64,000 nucleotides of DNA from an uncultured Clostridia bacterium (GTDB taxonomy: Bacteria; Bacillota; Clostridia; Christensenellales; UBA1242). Where the stretch lies: assembly GCA_937895935.1 (NCBI GenBank), contig CALBKX010000024.1, positions 8,726 through 72,725 of the forward strand, read 5' to 3'. Under the pieces are notes generated by a model, which saw nothing but the letters and a program-made list of their open reading frames with translations, was not told the origin of the DNA and searched no databases. How positions within the stretch are numbered: position 1 is the first letter of the stretch; every line of letters begins with the position of its first letter. Of the stretch, positions 20,205-29,628 are shown in pieces. The position numbers and the translations under genes are program-made.

Positions 20205-20615
20205 ATGAAGTCAGAAAAAACTATTGATTCAAAAGTAACAAAGGGTGGTTTTTTTATTAGTTTACTTAAAGGCTCTTTAATGGCATTGTCAATTTCATTA
20301 ATTCTAATATGTATTTTTGCTTTTTTGTTGAGATTTTGTGATATAAAAACAGAAGCTATAAAACCAATAAATCAAGTAATAAAAATAGCAAGTATATTAA
20401 TAGGCACATTTTATGGACTTAAAAAAACAACAGAAATGGGTTTAATAACAGGATTATTTATCGGACTTATGTATACAGTTTTAGCTTTTGTGGTTTTTTC
20501 ACTTTTAAATGGTGGCTTTTGTTTTGAACGCTCATTAATTAATGATTTGATTTTTGCAAGCATAGCGGGAGGAATAGCGGGTATAGTTGCAGTTAATTTT
20601 AGAAAAAAAAGATAA
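20205..20615 (+). CDS. Small 4-TM membrane protein (TIGR04086 / YrzE-like, from memory)
   Basis: 136 aa with four hydrophobic helices and an AGGAGG SD. Its position after tgt/yajC matches B. subtilis yrzE. Confidence 0.6.
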   Translation: MKSEKTIDSKVTKGGFFISLLKGSLMALSISLILICIFAFLLRFCDIKTEAIKPINQVIKIASILIGTFYGLKKTTEMGLITGLFIGLMYTVLAFVVFSLLNGGFCFERSLINDLIFASIAGGIAGIVAVNFRKKR

Positions 20616-20680
20616 ATTAATATATTATTAAAAATGCCTTATGGTAATAATAATTTTTTAAAATAAATAAAAACAATTTG

Positions 20681-20717
20681 TCACGTTCATACATTGGTTA
20701 ATGAACGTGATTTTTTA
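20681..20717 (+). terminator. Rho-independent terminator
   Basis: TCACGTTCAT / ATGAACGTGA stem followed by TTTTTT. Confidence 0.8.
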
Positions 20718-20778
20718 ATCTTAGTTTAGTAATAATAATTTTTGTCAATATTTAACTATATTTAAATTAAAAAAATAA

Positions 20779-20807
20779 TTGACTTAAAAAAACTAATTAA
20801 CTATACT
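20779..20807 (+). promoter_or_regulatory. Candidate sigma-A promoter of secD-secF
   Basis: TTGACT, a 17-nt spacer, then TATACT. This implies a ~320-nt 5' leader. Confidence 0.45.
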
Positions 20808-21131
20808 ATATAAGTATTGTTAAAAGTGTTTTAATTATCAACTAAAAAAATACTTATTAAGCATAGTATTGTCGGATTGTCAAAAGTGGTTGAAAGCAAT
20901 GCTTTTTGAAAACCGATAATAGCACAAATTGTGATGCCACATATTATTGTGGGTTGCTTTTGGGAATTTAAGGCTTGTTACTTTTATAAGGCATAGTATA
21001 ATTGTCTTTAGGTAAATTAGACATAACTTATAGTTTATCAAAACTATATGTCACAGGTTTAAGTGGAATTAGCATAAATGCAATGGATCATCACAAAAAT
21101 TTAAAATTTTACGATAACATTAGGAGAATAA

Positions 21132-22436
21132 ATGAACAAAAAAAGAGCAAAATTTAATTTTATTTTAACTTCAGTTTTGCTTGTAGTGGCAATGTTTCTT
21201 TGTTTTGCACAATTTAATTTGCCTTCATCAAATTATTATAATGGATTATTTAATTCAATAAGTGCAACAAGTGAAATAACAAACGGAAATAATGCTGTCT
21301 ATAAAATTACAACTGATAATGTTGAAGATGAAGATGTTGAAAAAGCAATAGTTCAAATACGCGATATTTTAAATGCCCAAGGATTTGTGGGGTCAAAAGT
21401 TTATCGTCAAGGTGATTATATCAAAGCGGAAATAGAATCAAAATCTAATGCGAGTTCTATATTATCAATTATTGGTAACACTAAAAGCTTTTTTATTTCT
21501 AGCATTAATCAAGATGAGATTACAGAAAGTGAATTAAATTCTTATGATATAGTTGGTACAGATGTTAAAAATGCTTATGCGTCAACAATTTTTCAGGGAT
21601 TAACTGAATACAACAGCGTAACTATACAATTCAACGCATCAGGTGCAAAAAAATATGCAGAACTTACAAAACAAGTTAGTGCAACAACTGACTCAAAAGT
21701 GTATTTCTATATTGACGGGAAAAAATCAACCGAATTAAAAGTTGAAGAAACAACAAATGATTTTTTATCTTTTTATTCTGAAAGTAACAATTATTCTATA
21801 GAAACTGCTCAAGAATATGCATTGCAAATTTTGATGTCATCAACAGGAGTTCAATTAAAAACTATTTCAAACAACACATCTTCTGCTACATTAGGTAATA
21901 ATGTTTTGTTGTATCTAATGATTGCTTTTGCTTTTGTGTTGTTAATTTCAATGATTATTCTTCCAATAGTTTATGGAGAATTGGGGTTAGTCGCTGATTT
22001 GTCAGTTCTTTTTGGTGGAGTGTTTAATATATTCTTACTACAAGCGCTTCCATTTACTACTGGCTCAGTAGGAACAATATTTGGTGCTTTGTTGGGAATG
22101 GGGATTTTAGTAATAACTCATATAATTTATTTAAATAAAATCAAATCTGAATTTTATTATTTGCATAAATTACAATTAGCAGCAAGAACAGGTTTTAAAA
22201 AATCATGGCTAATAAATTTAGATATATGTACAATGATATTCTTAGCGGCTGTTAGTTTAACATTCTGGAATATTCCTTATGTTTCAACATTTGCAATAGG
22301 CTTAGCTGTTTCAGTTTTTGTGGCGTTGTTTAATGTTATAGTTCTTTTCAAAGATTTTGTAACTTGGTATGTTACTATAAACACAAAAAATTATAAAAAA
22401 GTAAAATTTACAAAAGGAGAGAGCTATGAAAAATAA
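21132..22436 (+). CDS. secD: SecD-like protein-export membrane protein (divergent)
   Basis: N-terminal TM helix, a large periplasmic-type domain, and a C-terminal 5-TM bundle. Canonical locus (tgt ... secDF recJ relA). The GMAVDAN motif is replaced by GMGILVI. Confidence 0.75.
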   Translation: MNKKRAKFNFILTSVLLVVAMFLCFAQFNLPSSNYYNGLFNSISATSEITNGNNAVYKITTDNVEDEDVEKAIVQIRDILNAQGFVGSKVYRQGDYIKAEIESKSNASSILSIIGNTKSFFISSINQDEITESELNSYDIVGTDVKNAYASTIFQGLTEYNSVTIQFNASGAKKYAELTKQVSATTDSKVYFYIDGKKSTELKVEETTNDFLSFYSESNNYSIETAQEYALQILMSSTGVQLKTISNNTSSATLGNNVLLYLMIAFAFVLLISMIILPIVYGELGLVADLSVLFGGVFNIFLLQALPFTTGSVGTIFGALLGMGILVITHIIYLNKIKSEFYYLHKLQLAARTGFKKSWLINLDICTMIFLAAVSLTFWNIPYVSTFAIGLAVSVFVALFNVIVLFKDFVTWYVTINTKNYKKVKFTKGESYEK

Positions 22437-23496
22437 ATTTGACTTATCTAACTCATCATATAAATTTGCTGATAATTTTTATAAAGCTCTAATTGCTCCA
22501 ATAGTTTGTTTTATTTTGGCGATAGTATTTGCTTGTACATTGGGTTTCAACAAAGGTTTAGATTACACTGGTGGAATTTTAATCTCAGTAGTTGCTGGAA
22601 CTGAAACTAAATTAGATGATAAAGAAACCTACAAATCCTTTAAATCTAAAGTAGATGAAGTATTAAAAGAAAATGACGTTAAAGGAGATGTATACTCTGT
22701 TGAAGTTAATAATTTAGAAGAGTATACAATGGTTGTTAAATTTGCCTTTAATGGCACAAAAGAGCAAACAGATAGTTTAATTTCTAGTTTAAAATCTGGA
22801 TTAATAAACAAATTCTACTCTGAATCTTCTGAAGCAGATATTGAAAATAATAATTTAGTTATAGTAGCAAATTTTGGTGGCTGTGTTGACACTAGAATTG
22901 TAATTACAGCAATTTTAGCGACATTGATTGCAGTTATTTTAATGTGTATTTATATCTTCTTTAGAATGGGATTGAATGCTAGCATTTTATCGATTGTTTC
23001 TGCAATATTTAATAATTTGTTTGCTATTTCAGTTATTTTAATTGCAAGAGTTCAAATTACCTATGCGTCTATTATTGTTTTACCTTTTGTGTCTGTAATT
23101 TCAGTGTTATTTGCATTTATATATTTGAGAAAAGCAAAGGCTATTTTGAAAACAACTGACAAGTATGATCGCCTTGATAATAAAGTTTTGGCAAATGATG
23201 CAGTTAAACAAACAATAAACGCTCAAGTGTTTGTTTCTTCTATTGCCGCAGGATGTGCTTTAATCTTTGGATTATTTAACATATGTAATTCTGTTATGTT
23301 TGTTGCACTTGCTTTGTTTACTTGTATTGCTTGTGCCTTGTACACAAATTTAATGCTTCTTCCAGGGCTTTTTGCAAAAACCTTTATCAGAAAAGTAAAA
23401 AGAAATAAACCAGTTAAAGAAAAAGCAAAAGAAAATAAACTTACCGAAGAGCAAATTATGAAAGAAACTGATTTAGATAATTTAGTTTCAAACTAA
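22426..23496 (+). CDS. secF: SecF-like protein-export membrane protein (divergent)
   Basis: It overlaps secD by 11 nt. N-terminal TM helix, a ~110-aa ectodomain, and a 5-TM bundle. The conserved NDT..FDR and TLSRT motifs are not recognisable. Confidence 0.7.
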   Translation: MKNKFDLSNSSYKFADNFYKALIAPIVCFILAIVFACTLGFNKGLDYTGGILISVVAGTETKLDDKETYKSFKSKVDEVLKENDVKGDVYSVEVNNLEEYTMVVKFAFNGTKEQTDSLISSLKSGLINKFYSESSEADIENNNLVIVANFGGCVDTRIVITAILATLIAVILMCIYIFFRMGLNASILSIVSAIFNNLFAISVILIARVQITYASIIVLPFVSVISVLFAFIYLRKAKAILKTTDKYDRLDNKVLANDAVKQTINAQVFVSSIAAGCALIFGLFNICNSVMFVALALFTCIACALYTNLMLLPGLFAKTFIRKVKRNKPVKEKAKENKLTEEQIMKETDLDNLVSN

Positions 23497-23512
23497 CTTA
23501 AAAAACTTAAAT

Positions 23513-23569
23513 AAGAACTTGCATATTTTAAGTCATATTTGACTTTAAGTAGGCAAGTTCTATTTTTTA
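23513..23569 (+). terminator. Rho-independent terminator after secF
   Basis: AGAACTTGC / GCAAGTTCT outer stem with an internal hairpin, followed by a T-run. Confidence 0.6.
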
Positions 23570-23726
23570 ATCAAAAATGTTTGCTTATAATAACTGATTT
23601 GTAATATAATTATTTCATAAGGATAATTGTATATATTGTTTTTTAACGATTATAAGATTTTGTAAACTAGAGTTTTGCTTTTTATATGCTGATATGTATA
23701 GTGATAAATATATACAATAGTGTGTT

Positions 23727-26111
23727 ATGAAATATATAAAATTTTATGATAGAGGAATCGCTGATAGCGATGTCCTAGAATTTTCTAAAAAATTTGGGCT
23801 TTGCCCACAAGTTACAAAAATAGTAATGAGTAGGGGATTTGATACTGAACAAAAATTCTCAGATTTTTTATGGCCAGAAAAATTAGAATTGCAATCGCCA
23901 TTTACAATGAAAGGAATGAAAGAAGCGGTAGTTAAAATTAAAAAAGCTATTGAGTCTAACAAAAAAATTTTAATATTTGGTGACTATGATGTAGATGGAA
24001 TTAGTGCAACATCAATTATGATAAAAGCATTAAAAAAGTTGAATGTTGATGCAAAATATTTTTTACCTAACAGATACATTGATGGTTATGGACTGTCAAT
24101 TAATGTGATAGATAAAATAAAGGAAAAATATAATCCTGAATTAATAATCACTGTCGATTGTGGAATAACTGCTGTAAAGGAAGTCGACTATGCCAAATCT
24201 ATAGGTATTGACATTATTATTACAGACCATCATGAAATTGGAGAAGAACTTCCTAACACAATCATTGTTAACACTAAGTTTACTGACCAAGAGTATTCTT
24301 ATAGAGGTTTGTGCGGAACAGGGGTTGCATACAAATTAGCTGAAGCACTTTTAGGCAAAGAAAAATGTGTGGAATTTTTACCTATTGTTGCTATTGCAAC
24401 AATTGCGGACATTGTTCCTTTAACGAGTGAAAATCGTACACTTGTGCGTCTTGGTTTTGCTAATATGGGACTTATGCCTGCAGGCTTAAAACAAATGTTT
24501 ACTGAAAATAAAGTATCTTATACAAAGCCCGATGCGAGCGATATAGCCTTTAAAATAGCACCAAAGTTAAATGCAAGTGGTAGAATGGGGGACGCTGAAG
24601 ACTCATTAATTTTGTATTTTGAAACCAACCCCGCTAAAATAAAAATGCAAATTGCAAAAATTTTAGAGCATAATTCAAAACGTCAGTTTTTAGGCAACAT
24701 TGTTTATGAAGATTGTAAAAGAATTTTAAATGAAAAAGACATAACCAATATGCCAGCTATTATTCTTTGGAACGAGGATTGGGACCATGGTATTTTAGGT
24801 ATTGAATGCTCAAAAATTTTAGAAGAGTACAACAGACCAGTCTTTTTGTTCACAAAAGAGGGCGAATTATTGCATGGGTCGGCTAGAAGTATTGATGATA
24901 TAAACATTCACAATATTTTAACAAATGTTTCTGACATTTTAGAAGTGTTTGGTGGGCACACAATGGCGGCTGGCTTGACTTTAAAATTAAGTAATTTTGA
25001 TGAGTTTGTTAAAAGAGTAAATGCGTATATTTTAGAACATATCAGCCCAAAAGCGTTTGAACCTATTGAGTATTATGATAATGATATTAGTTTAGGTGAT
25101 ATAACTCCTAAACTATTAGAAGATTTAAAAGTATTAGAACCTTGTGGCGCTGAAAATCCAAAACCTAAATTTATGATTGAAACTGAAAAAATAAACATTC
25201 AGCCTTTAACAAAATCTAGCGGTCATGCAAACATAATAATTGGGAAAAACTTAAGTCTAATTTTCTTTAATTATATAAAAGAGTCTAGCAAATTAAATTT
25301 TGGTTCTGCTTTTAAATTTATTTTTGAGTTCCAAAATATTAAAGGAAAATATTTTAAAGGTATTGTTAAGGATTTTGATTTTAATTATCGCTTAAAACCA
25401 AGTGCAACGAAATATCTGGAATGCTATGCTGTTCATCAATTGCAAACAATTTCAGATATAAAAGCTAATTTTGAATATTACAATGAAAACGATTTATTGG
25501 ATTTTGTTTTAGACTGTTCAAAAAGCGTTTTTGGAACATTATTTATTGCAAACACTGTTAAAGCTTACAATACATTTATAGAAAAATATGATTTAACAAA
25601 TATTTATTCTGTTAACATTGTTGATGCAGATCCAACTGGTTTTAATTCAGTATTGCTTGCGCCAAAAGATATTTCTTTTGCAAAACGATACTCGAAAATT
25701 GTATTTTTAGACCAAGTTTTGGATTTATCCTACATTGCTTTTATAAATAAAATATCTAATGCGAAAATATATATGCCAGTTGACACTAAATATTCAAGAA
25801 ATATTCTTGATAATCTATTTTTAGACAGGAAACATTTTGCCAATGTCTATCAGCAATTATTAGTACATCAAAATAAAGAATATGTAAGCATTTTAAGTGT
25901 TTACTCGGCGATTATAAAAGATAGAAAAATGAACATAAATTTCAATAATTTTATTGTTCCTTATTATGTTTTTAAACAATTAAATATAATTGTAGAAAAT
26001 AACAATACATCAGCATTTGTTTACTCAATAAATAAAAATATAAAAACAGATTTAAATAAATCAAGCATATATAATTCGTTAAATTTGATTAAAAAAACAT
26101 TGGGAAATTAA
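23727..26111 (+). CDS. recJ: Single-stranded-DNA-specific exonuclease RecJ
   Basis: DHH motifs IFGDYDVDGISA, TVDCG, ITDHHE, and DHHA1 GGHTMAAG. Confidence 0.92.
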   Translation: MKYIKFYDRGIADSDVLEFSKKFGLCPQVTKIVMSRGFDTEQKFSDFLWPEKLELQSPFTMKGMKEAVVKIKKAIESNKKILIFGDYDVDGISATSIMIKALKKLNVDAKYFLPNRYIDGYGLSINVIDKIKEKYNPELIITVDCGITAVKEVDYAKSIGIDIIITDHHEIGEELPNTIIVNTKFTDQEYSYRGLCGTGVAYKLAEALLGKEKCVEFLPIVAIATIADIVPLTSENRTLVRLGFANMGLMPAGLKQMFTENKVSYTKPDASDIAFKIAPKLNASGRMGDAEDSLILYFETNPAKIKMQIAKILEHNSKRQFLGNIVYEDCKRILNEKDITNMPAIILWNEDWDHGILGIECSKILEEYNRPVFLFTKEGELLHGSARSIDDINIHNILTNVSDILEVFGGHTMAAGLTLKLSNFDEFVKRVNAYILEHISPKAFEPIEYYDNDISLGDITPKLLEDLKVLEPCGAENPKPKFMIETEKINIQPLTKSSGHANIIIGKNLSLIFFNYIKESSKLNFGSAFKFIFEFQNIKGKYFKGIVKDFDFNYRLKPSATKYLECYAVHQLQTISDIKANFEYYNENDLLDFVLDCSKSVFGTLFIANTVKAYNTFIEKYDLTNIYSVNIVDADPTGFNSVLLAPKDISFAKRYSKIVFLDQVLDLSYIAFINKISNAKIYMPVDTKYSRNILDNLFLDRKHFANVYQQLLVHQNKEYVSILSVYSAIIKDRKMNINFNNFIVPYYVFKQLNIIVENNNTSAFVYSINKNIKTDLNKSSIYNSLNLIKKTLGN

Positions 26112-26112
26112 A

Positions 26113-28182
26113 ATGGAAAACATAAAAGAATTAATTAAAAATACATTTAATTTGACTGAAAATAATATTGAAATATTTAATAATATTATTGAAAAAATTA
26201 ATATTACAGGAAAAGATAAATTTATTATAAATAATTTAATTGCTAATAAATTGGATTTTAATTCGATTTGTGCATATTTAATTGTTGAATACAATTTATT
26301 TGATAATAATTATGATAAGGATATTATTAATTTATCACAAAATTTAAAAGTAATTTATAATGATAATTTATATATAAGCAAACAAGAAGAAGCAGAAATG
26401 CTACGTAAACAGTTTATTGCAATGTGTAAAGATATAAGAGTTATTATAATTAAATTATGTCTTGTTTATTATGATGCAAATAATTGTAAAATACCTTTAA
26501 GTGCAAAACAAAAAGATTTGTTGATTACAACAAGAAACATCTATGCACCATTAGCGGAACGTCTTGGCTTAAATAAGATGAAAAGCGAATTGGAAGATTT
26601 ATGCCTAAAATATCTTGAACCTAAAATTTATAATGAATTAGAGCAAAACGTACTTTTAAAAAAGAGTGAAAATGAAAAACAAATTGAGATAACTAAAAAC
26701 AAATTACAACAAATTTTAAACGATTTAGGTTTGACTCATTCTACCATAATGGCAAGGCAAAAACATTTCAGCAGTATTTATAAAAAAATACAATCAAAAG
26801 CGATTCCACTTGCTAAAATTTATGACCTAATTGCAATGAGGGTTATTGTTGATACTGTTGAGGAATGCTATGCAGTTTTAGGCAAAATTCACGGGATTTA
26901 TAAACCAATGGAGGGTAGGTTTAAAGATTATATAGCAAACCCAAAACCAAATGGTTATCAATCTTTGCACACAACAATAATTACTGAAAATGATAGACCA
27001 ATGGAAATACAAATCAGAACTTATGAAATGCATAGAAATTCTGAATTTGGTGTAGATGTTGCACATTGGATATACAAAGAAAAAAGAAAAACAACCGAAC
27101 TAGATAAAAAACTTGCTTGGCTACGAGAAATTATGGATAATTCTTCTTCCTTAAATTCAGAAGAATTTATAGAAACATTAAAAACTAATTTATATTCTGG
27201 TAGAATATTTGTTCAAACACCAAAAGGAAAAGTTTTGGAATTTCCAGAAGGTTCTTGTTTGATTGATTTTGCCTATGCCATTCATTCTGAAATTGGAAAT
27301 ACTTGTGTAGGCGGGAAAATAAACAACAAAATGGTCCCTTTAAGTACCAAAATGAATAACAATGATATTGTTGAAATTATAACATCTCAAACAGGTAAGG
27401 GTCCATCTAGAGATTGGCTTAATATTGTTAAAACATCACAAGCACGTGATAAAATAAACGCTTTTTTTAAAAAAGAACTTAAAGAAGAAAATATTAAAAA
27501 CGGAAAACAAATTCTAGAATTGGCAATAAAAAGCAAAGGTCTTGTTCCAGCAAAAATTTTGGATAATCAAAACTTAAACTCAGTAATGTTCAAGTATGCT
27601 TTTAATAATGAAGAAGAACTATATGCCGCTATTGGTTATGGCAGTTTATCGTCTAATCAAGTAGTTAATAAACTCATACAAGAATATGAAAAAAGAGAAA
27701 ACGAAAATAAACCACCAAAAATTTTAACTTCATTAATTGTAAAGAAAAACAAAGATGGTGTTTTGGTTGATGGTGATAGTGGCATAATGGTACGTTTTGC
27801 TGGTTGTTGTAACCCTATATTGGGTGAAAACATAATTGGCTATATATCACGTGGAAGAGGTGTAACAATCCATAAATGTGATTGTCAAAATATTCAATAT
27901 CTTGAGCCAGAACGTTTAATTTCTGCTGAATGGGCAGATAAATCTGTGTCATATAAGATTGTTAATATAAATATTGTAGCAAAACAAAAAGATGGCTTTA
28001 TTGCTAAAGTTACATTTGTGTTATCAAATTTGCAATATAACATAGTTGGATTTGACACTAAAAATGTTTCAGATAAAATGTATTGTAATATAAAAGTTAA
28101 AACCAGTTTTGAGGACAATTTAACTAAATTAGATAAAGCTTTAAAAAACATTGAAGATATATTGGAAGTAAATATAAGATGA
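26113..28182 (+). CDS. relA: Long RSH (p)ppGpp synthetase with degenerate hydrolase domain
   Basis: Synthetase motifs are present: RQKHFSSIYKK, YDLIAMRVIV, FKDYIANPKPNGYQSLHTT, EIQIRTYEMH...AHWIYKE. TGS and ACT-like C-terminal domains are present. The HD-domain catalytic motifs are absent (see findings). Confidence 0.9.
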   Translation: MENIKELIKNTFNLTENNIEIFNNIIEKINITGKDKFIINNLIANKLDFNSICAYLIVEYNLFDNNYDKDIINLSQNLKVIYNDNLYISKQEEAEMLRKQFIAMCKDIRVIIIKLCLVYYDANNCKIPLSAKQKDLLITTRNIYAPLAERLGLNKMKSELEDLCLKYLEPKIYNELEQNVLLKKSENEKQIEITKNKLQQILNDLGLTHSTIMARQKHFSSIYKKIQSKAIPLAKIYDLIAMRVIVDTVEECYAVLGKIHGIYKPMEGRFKDYIANPKPNGYQSLHTTIITENDRPMEIQIRTYEMHRNSEFGVDVAHWIYKEKRKTTELDKKLAWLREIMDNSSSLNSEEFIETLKTNLYSGRIFVQTPKGKVLEFPEGSCLIDFAYAIHSEIGNTCVGGKINNKMVPLSTKMNNNDIVEIITSQTGKGPSRDWLNIVKTSQARDKINAFFKKELKEENIKNGKQILELAIKSKGLVPAKILDNQNLNSVMFKYAFNNEEELYAAIGYGSLSSNQVVNKLIQEYEKRENENKPPKILTSLIVKKNKDGVLVDGDSGIMVRFAGCCNPILGENIIGYISRGRGVTIHKCDCQNIQYLEPERLISAEWADKSVSYKIVNINIVAKQKDGFIAKVTFVLSNLQYNIVGFDTKNVSDKMYCNIKVKTSFEDNLTKLDKALKNIEDILEVNIR

Positions 28183-29591
28183 AAATAATAACAGAAGAAT
28201 CATTTTTAGAACAGGAAATATATGAATTAGTGCATTTGTTTATGCAAGGTACAGTTATTGATGAACAAAAACCTTACATTTATTTTTCAATGCATTTAAA
28301 CCAACAAGAATTATTTATTGACTTTAAGATTGAGTTTGAAGATGATGTTGTAAGTTCATCAAAAACAGTTAAAATTGAAGAGTACAAAAACGAGTTAGAG
28401 CAAAAAAGATATGTAAAACAGGCAGTAAAACGCGAATTGTATATTTTACTTTCAAAAAAATTTAATAAATCTTTGCCTTGGGGATGCTTGACTGGTATTA
28501 GACCGACCAAAATTGGTTACGAGTTATTGGAAAGTGGCGTTGATAAATATTTTATAAAAGAAGCTTTAATTGATAAATTTTTTGTATCACCACAAAAAGC
28601 CAAATTAGTTGATAAAATTATTAAAAATCAAACTTGTATAATTAAAAATGACAACTTAGTAGACCTTTATGTCAACATTCCATTTTGTCCAAGTAAATGT
28701 TCGTATTGTTCTTTTATTTCTTCCGAATTTAAAGCAGTTGAAAAAATCATACCCGATTATTTAAATGCACTACTAAAAGAGATAAGGGCGACAAAGCAAA
28801 TAATTATAAATAAATCATATATTGTAAAAACCATATACATTGGAGGCGGTACTCCAACAGTTTTATCGGCAGAGCAGTTAGAAATGTTATTGCAAGAATT
28901 GACATTTGGAGTTAATGAGTTTACTGTTGAATGTGGCAGACCAGATACAATCACAAAAGAAAAATTAGACGTTTTAAAAAAATATGGTGTAACAAGAATA
29001 TCTATAAATCCACAAACTTTTGTTGATTCCACCTTAAAAAGAATCGGTAGACAGCATTCTTCCGCAGATGTGATTGAGGCGTACAAATTGGCTTTGGATT
29101 ATGATTTTTCAGTTAATATGGATTTAATTGCAGGTTTGCCGGGTGAAACTTTAAGAGGTTTTAAAAAATCTATTAAAACAGTTTTAGAATTATTCCCAGA
29201 TAATATAACAATTCATACATTAGCTTTAAAAAAGGGAAGTCAATTGGTTTTAGATTCTGCACAAAATGAAAATGAAATCACACAAGCTATGGTGGAATAT
29301 GGGCAGACAGAACTATTTGAAAATGGCTATAAACCATATTATATGTACAAACTAAAAAATCAAAATGCAGGTTTGGAAAATGTTGGTTTTTATAGAGATA
29401 AAGTGTGCCAATTTAATATAGATAGTATGGAAGAAACTGCATCTATACTTGCTTGTGGTGCAAATGCCATATCAAAGCGAATTTATTTTTACGATAATCG
29501 AATAGAAAGACAAGCAAATGTAAAATTTGCTAGTGACTATATAAGTAGAATAGATGAAATGATTCAACGAAAAAAAGAATTATTTTCTTAA
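28179..29591 (+). CDS. hemZ: HemN-family radical SAM protein (HemZ type)
   Basis: ATGA overlap with relA. Radical-SAM motif CPSKCSYCSF, GGGTPT, and a long N-terminal extension as in clostridial HemZ. Confidence 0.78.
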   Translation: MKIITEESFLEQEIYELVHLFMQGTVIDEQKPYIYFSMHLNQQELFIDFKIEFEDDVVSSSKTVKIEEYKNELEQKRYVKQAVKRELYILLSKKFNKSLPWGCLTGIRPTKIGYELLESGVDKYFIKEALIDKFFVSPQKAKLVDKIIKNQTCIIKNDNLVDLYVNIPFCPSKCSYCSFISSEFKAVEKIIPDYLNALLKEIRATKQIIINKSYIVKTIYIGGGTPTVLSAEQLEMLLQELTFGVNEFTVECGRPDTITKEKLDVLKKYGVTRISINPQTFVDSTLKRIGRQHSSADVIEAYKLALDYDFSVNMDLIAGLPGETLRGFKKSIKTVLELFPDNITIHTLALKKGSQLVLDSAQNENEITQAMVEYGQTELFENGYKPYYMYKLKNQNAGLENVGFYRDKVCQFNIDSMEETASILACGANAISKRIYFYDNRIERQANVKFASDYISRIDEMIQRKKELFS

Positions 29592-29628
29592 AATTGTTAA
29601 AAAAAATAATATTGCATAGCATATATTT

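Noticed and set aside
21083-21157. uORF MDHHKNLKFYDNIRRINEQKKSKI overlapping the secD start, read as a SecM/VemP/MifM-like secretion-monitor arrest peptide.
   Set aside because: It has no signal peptide or TM segment, which a secretion monitor needs, and no SD. It is kept only as a note inside the leader finding.
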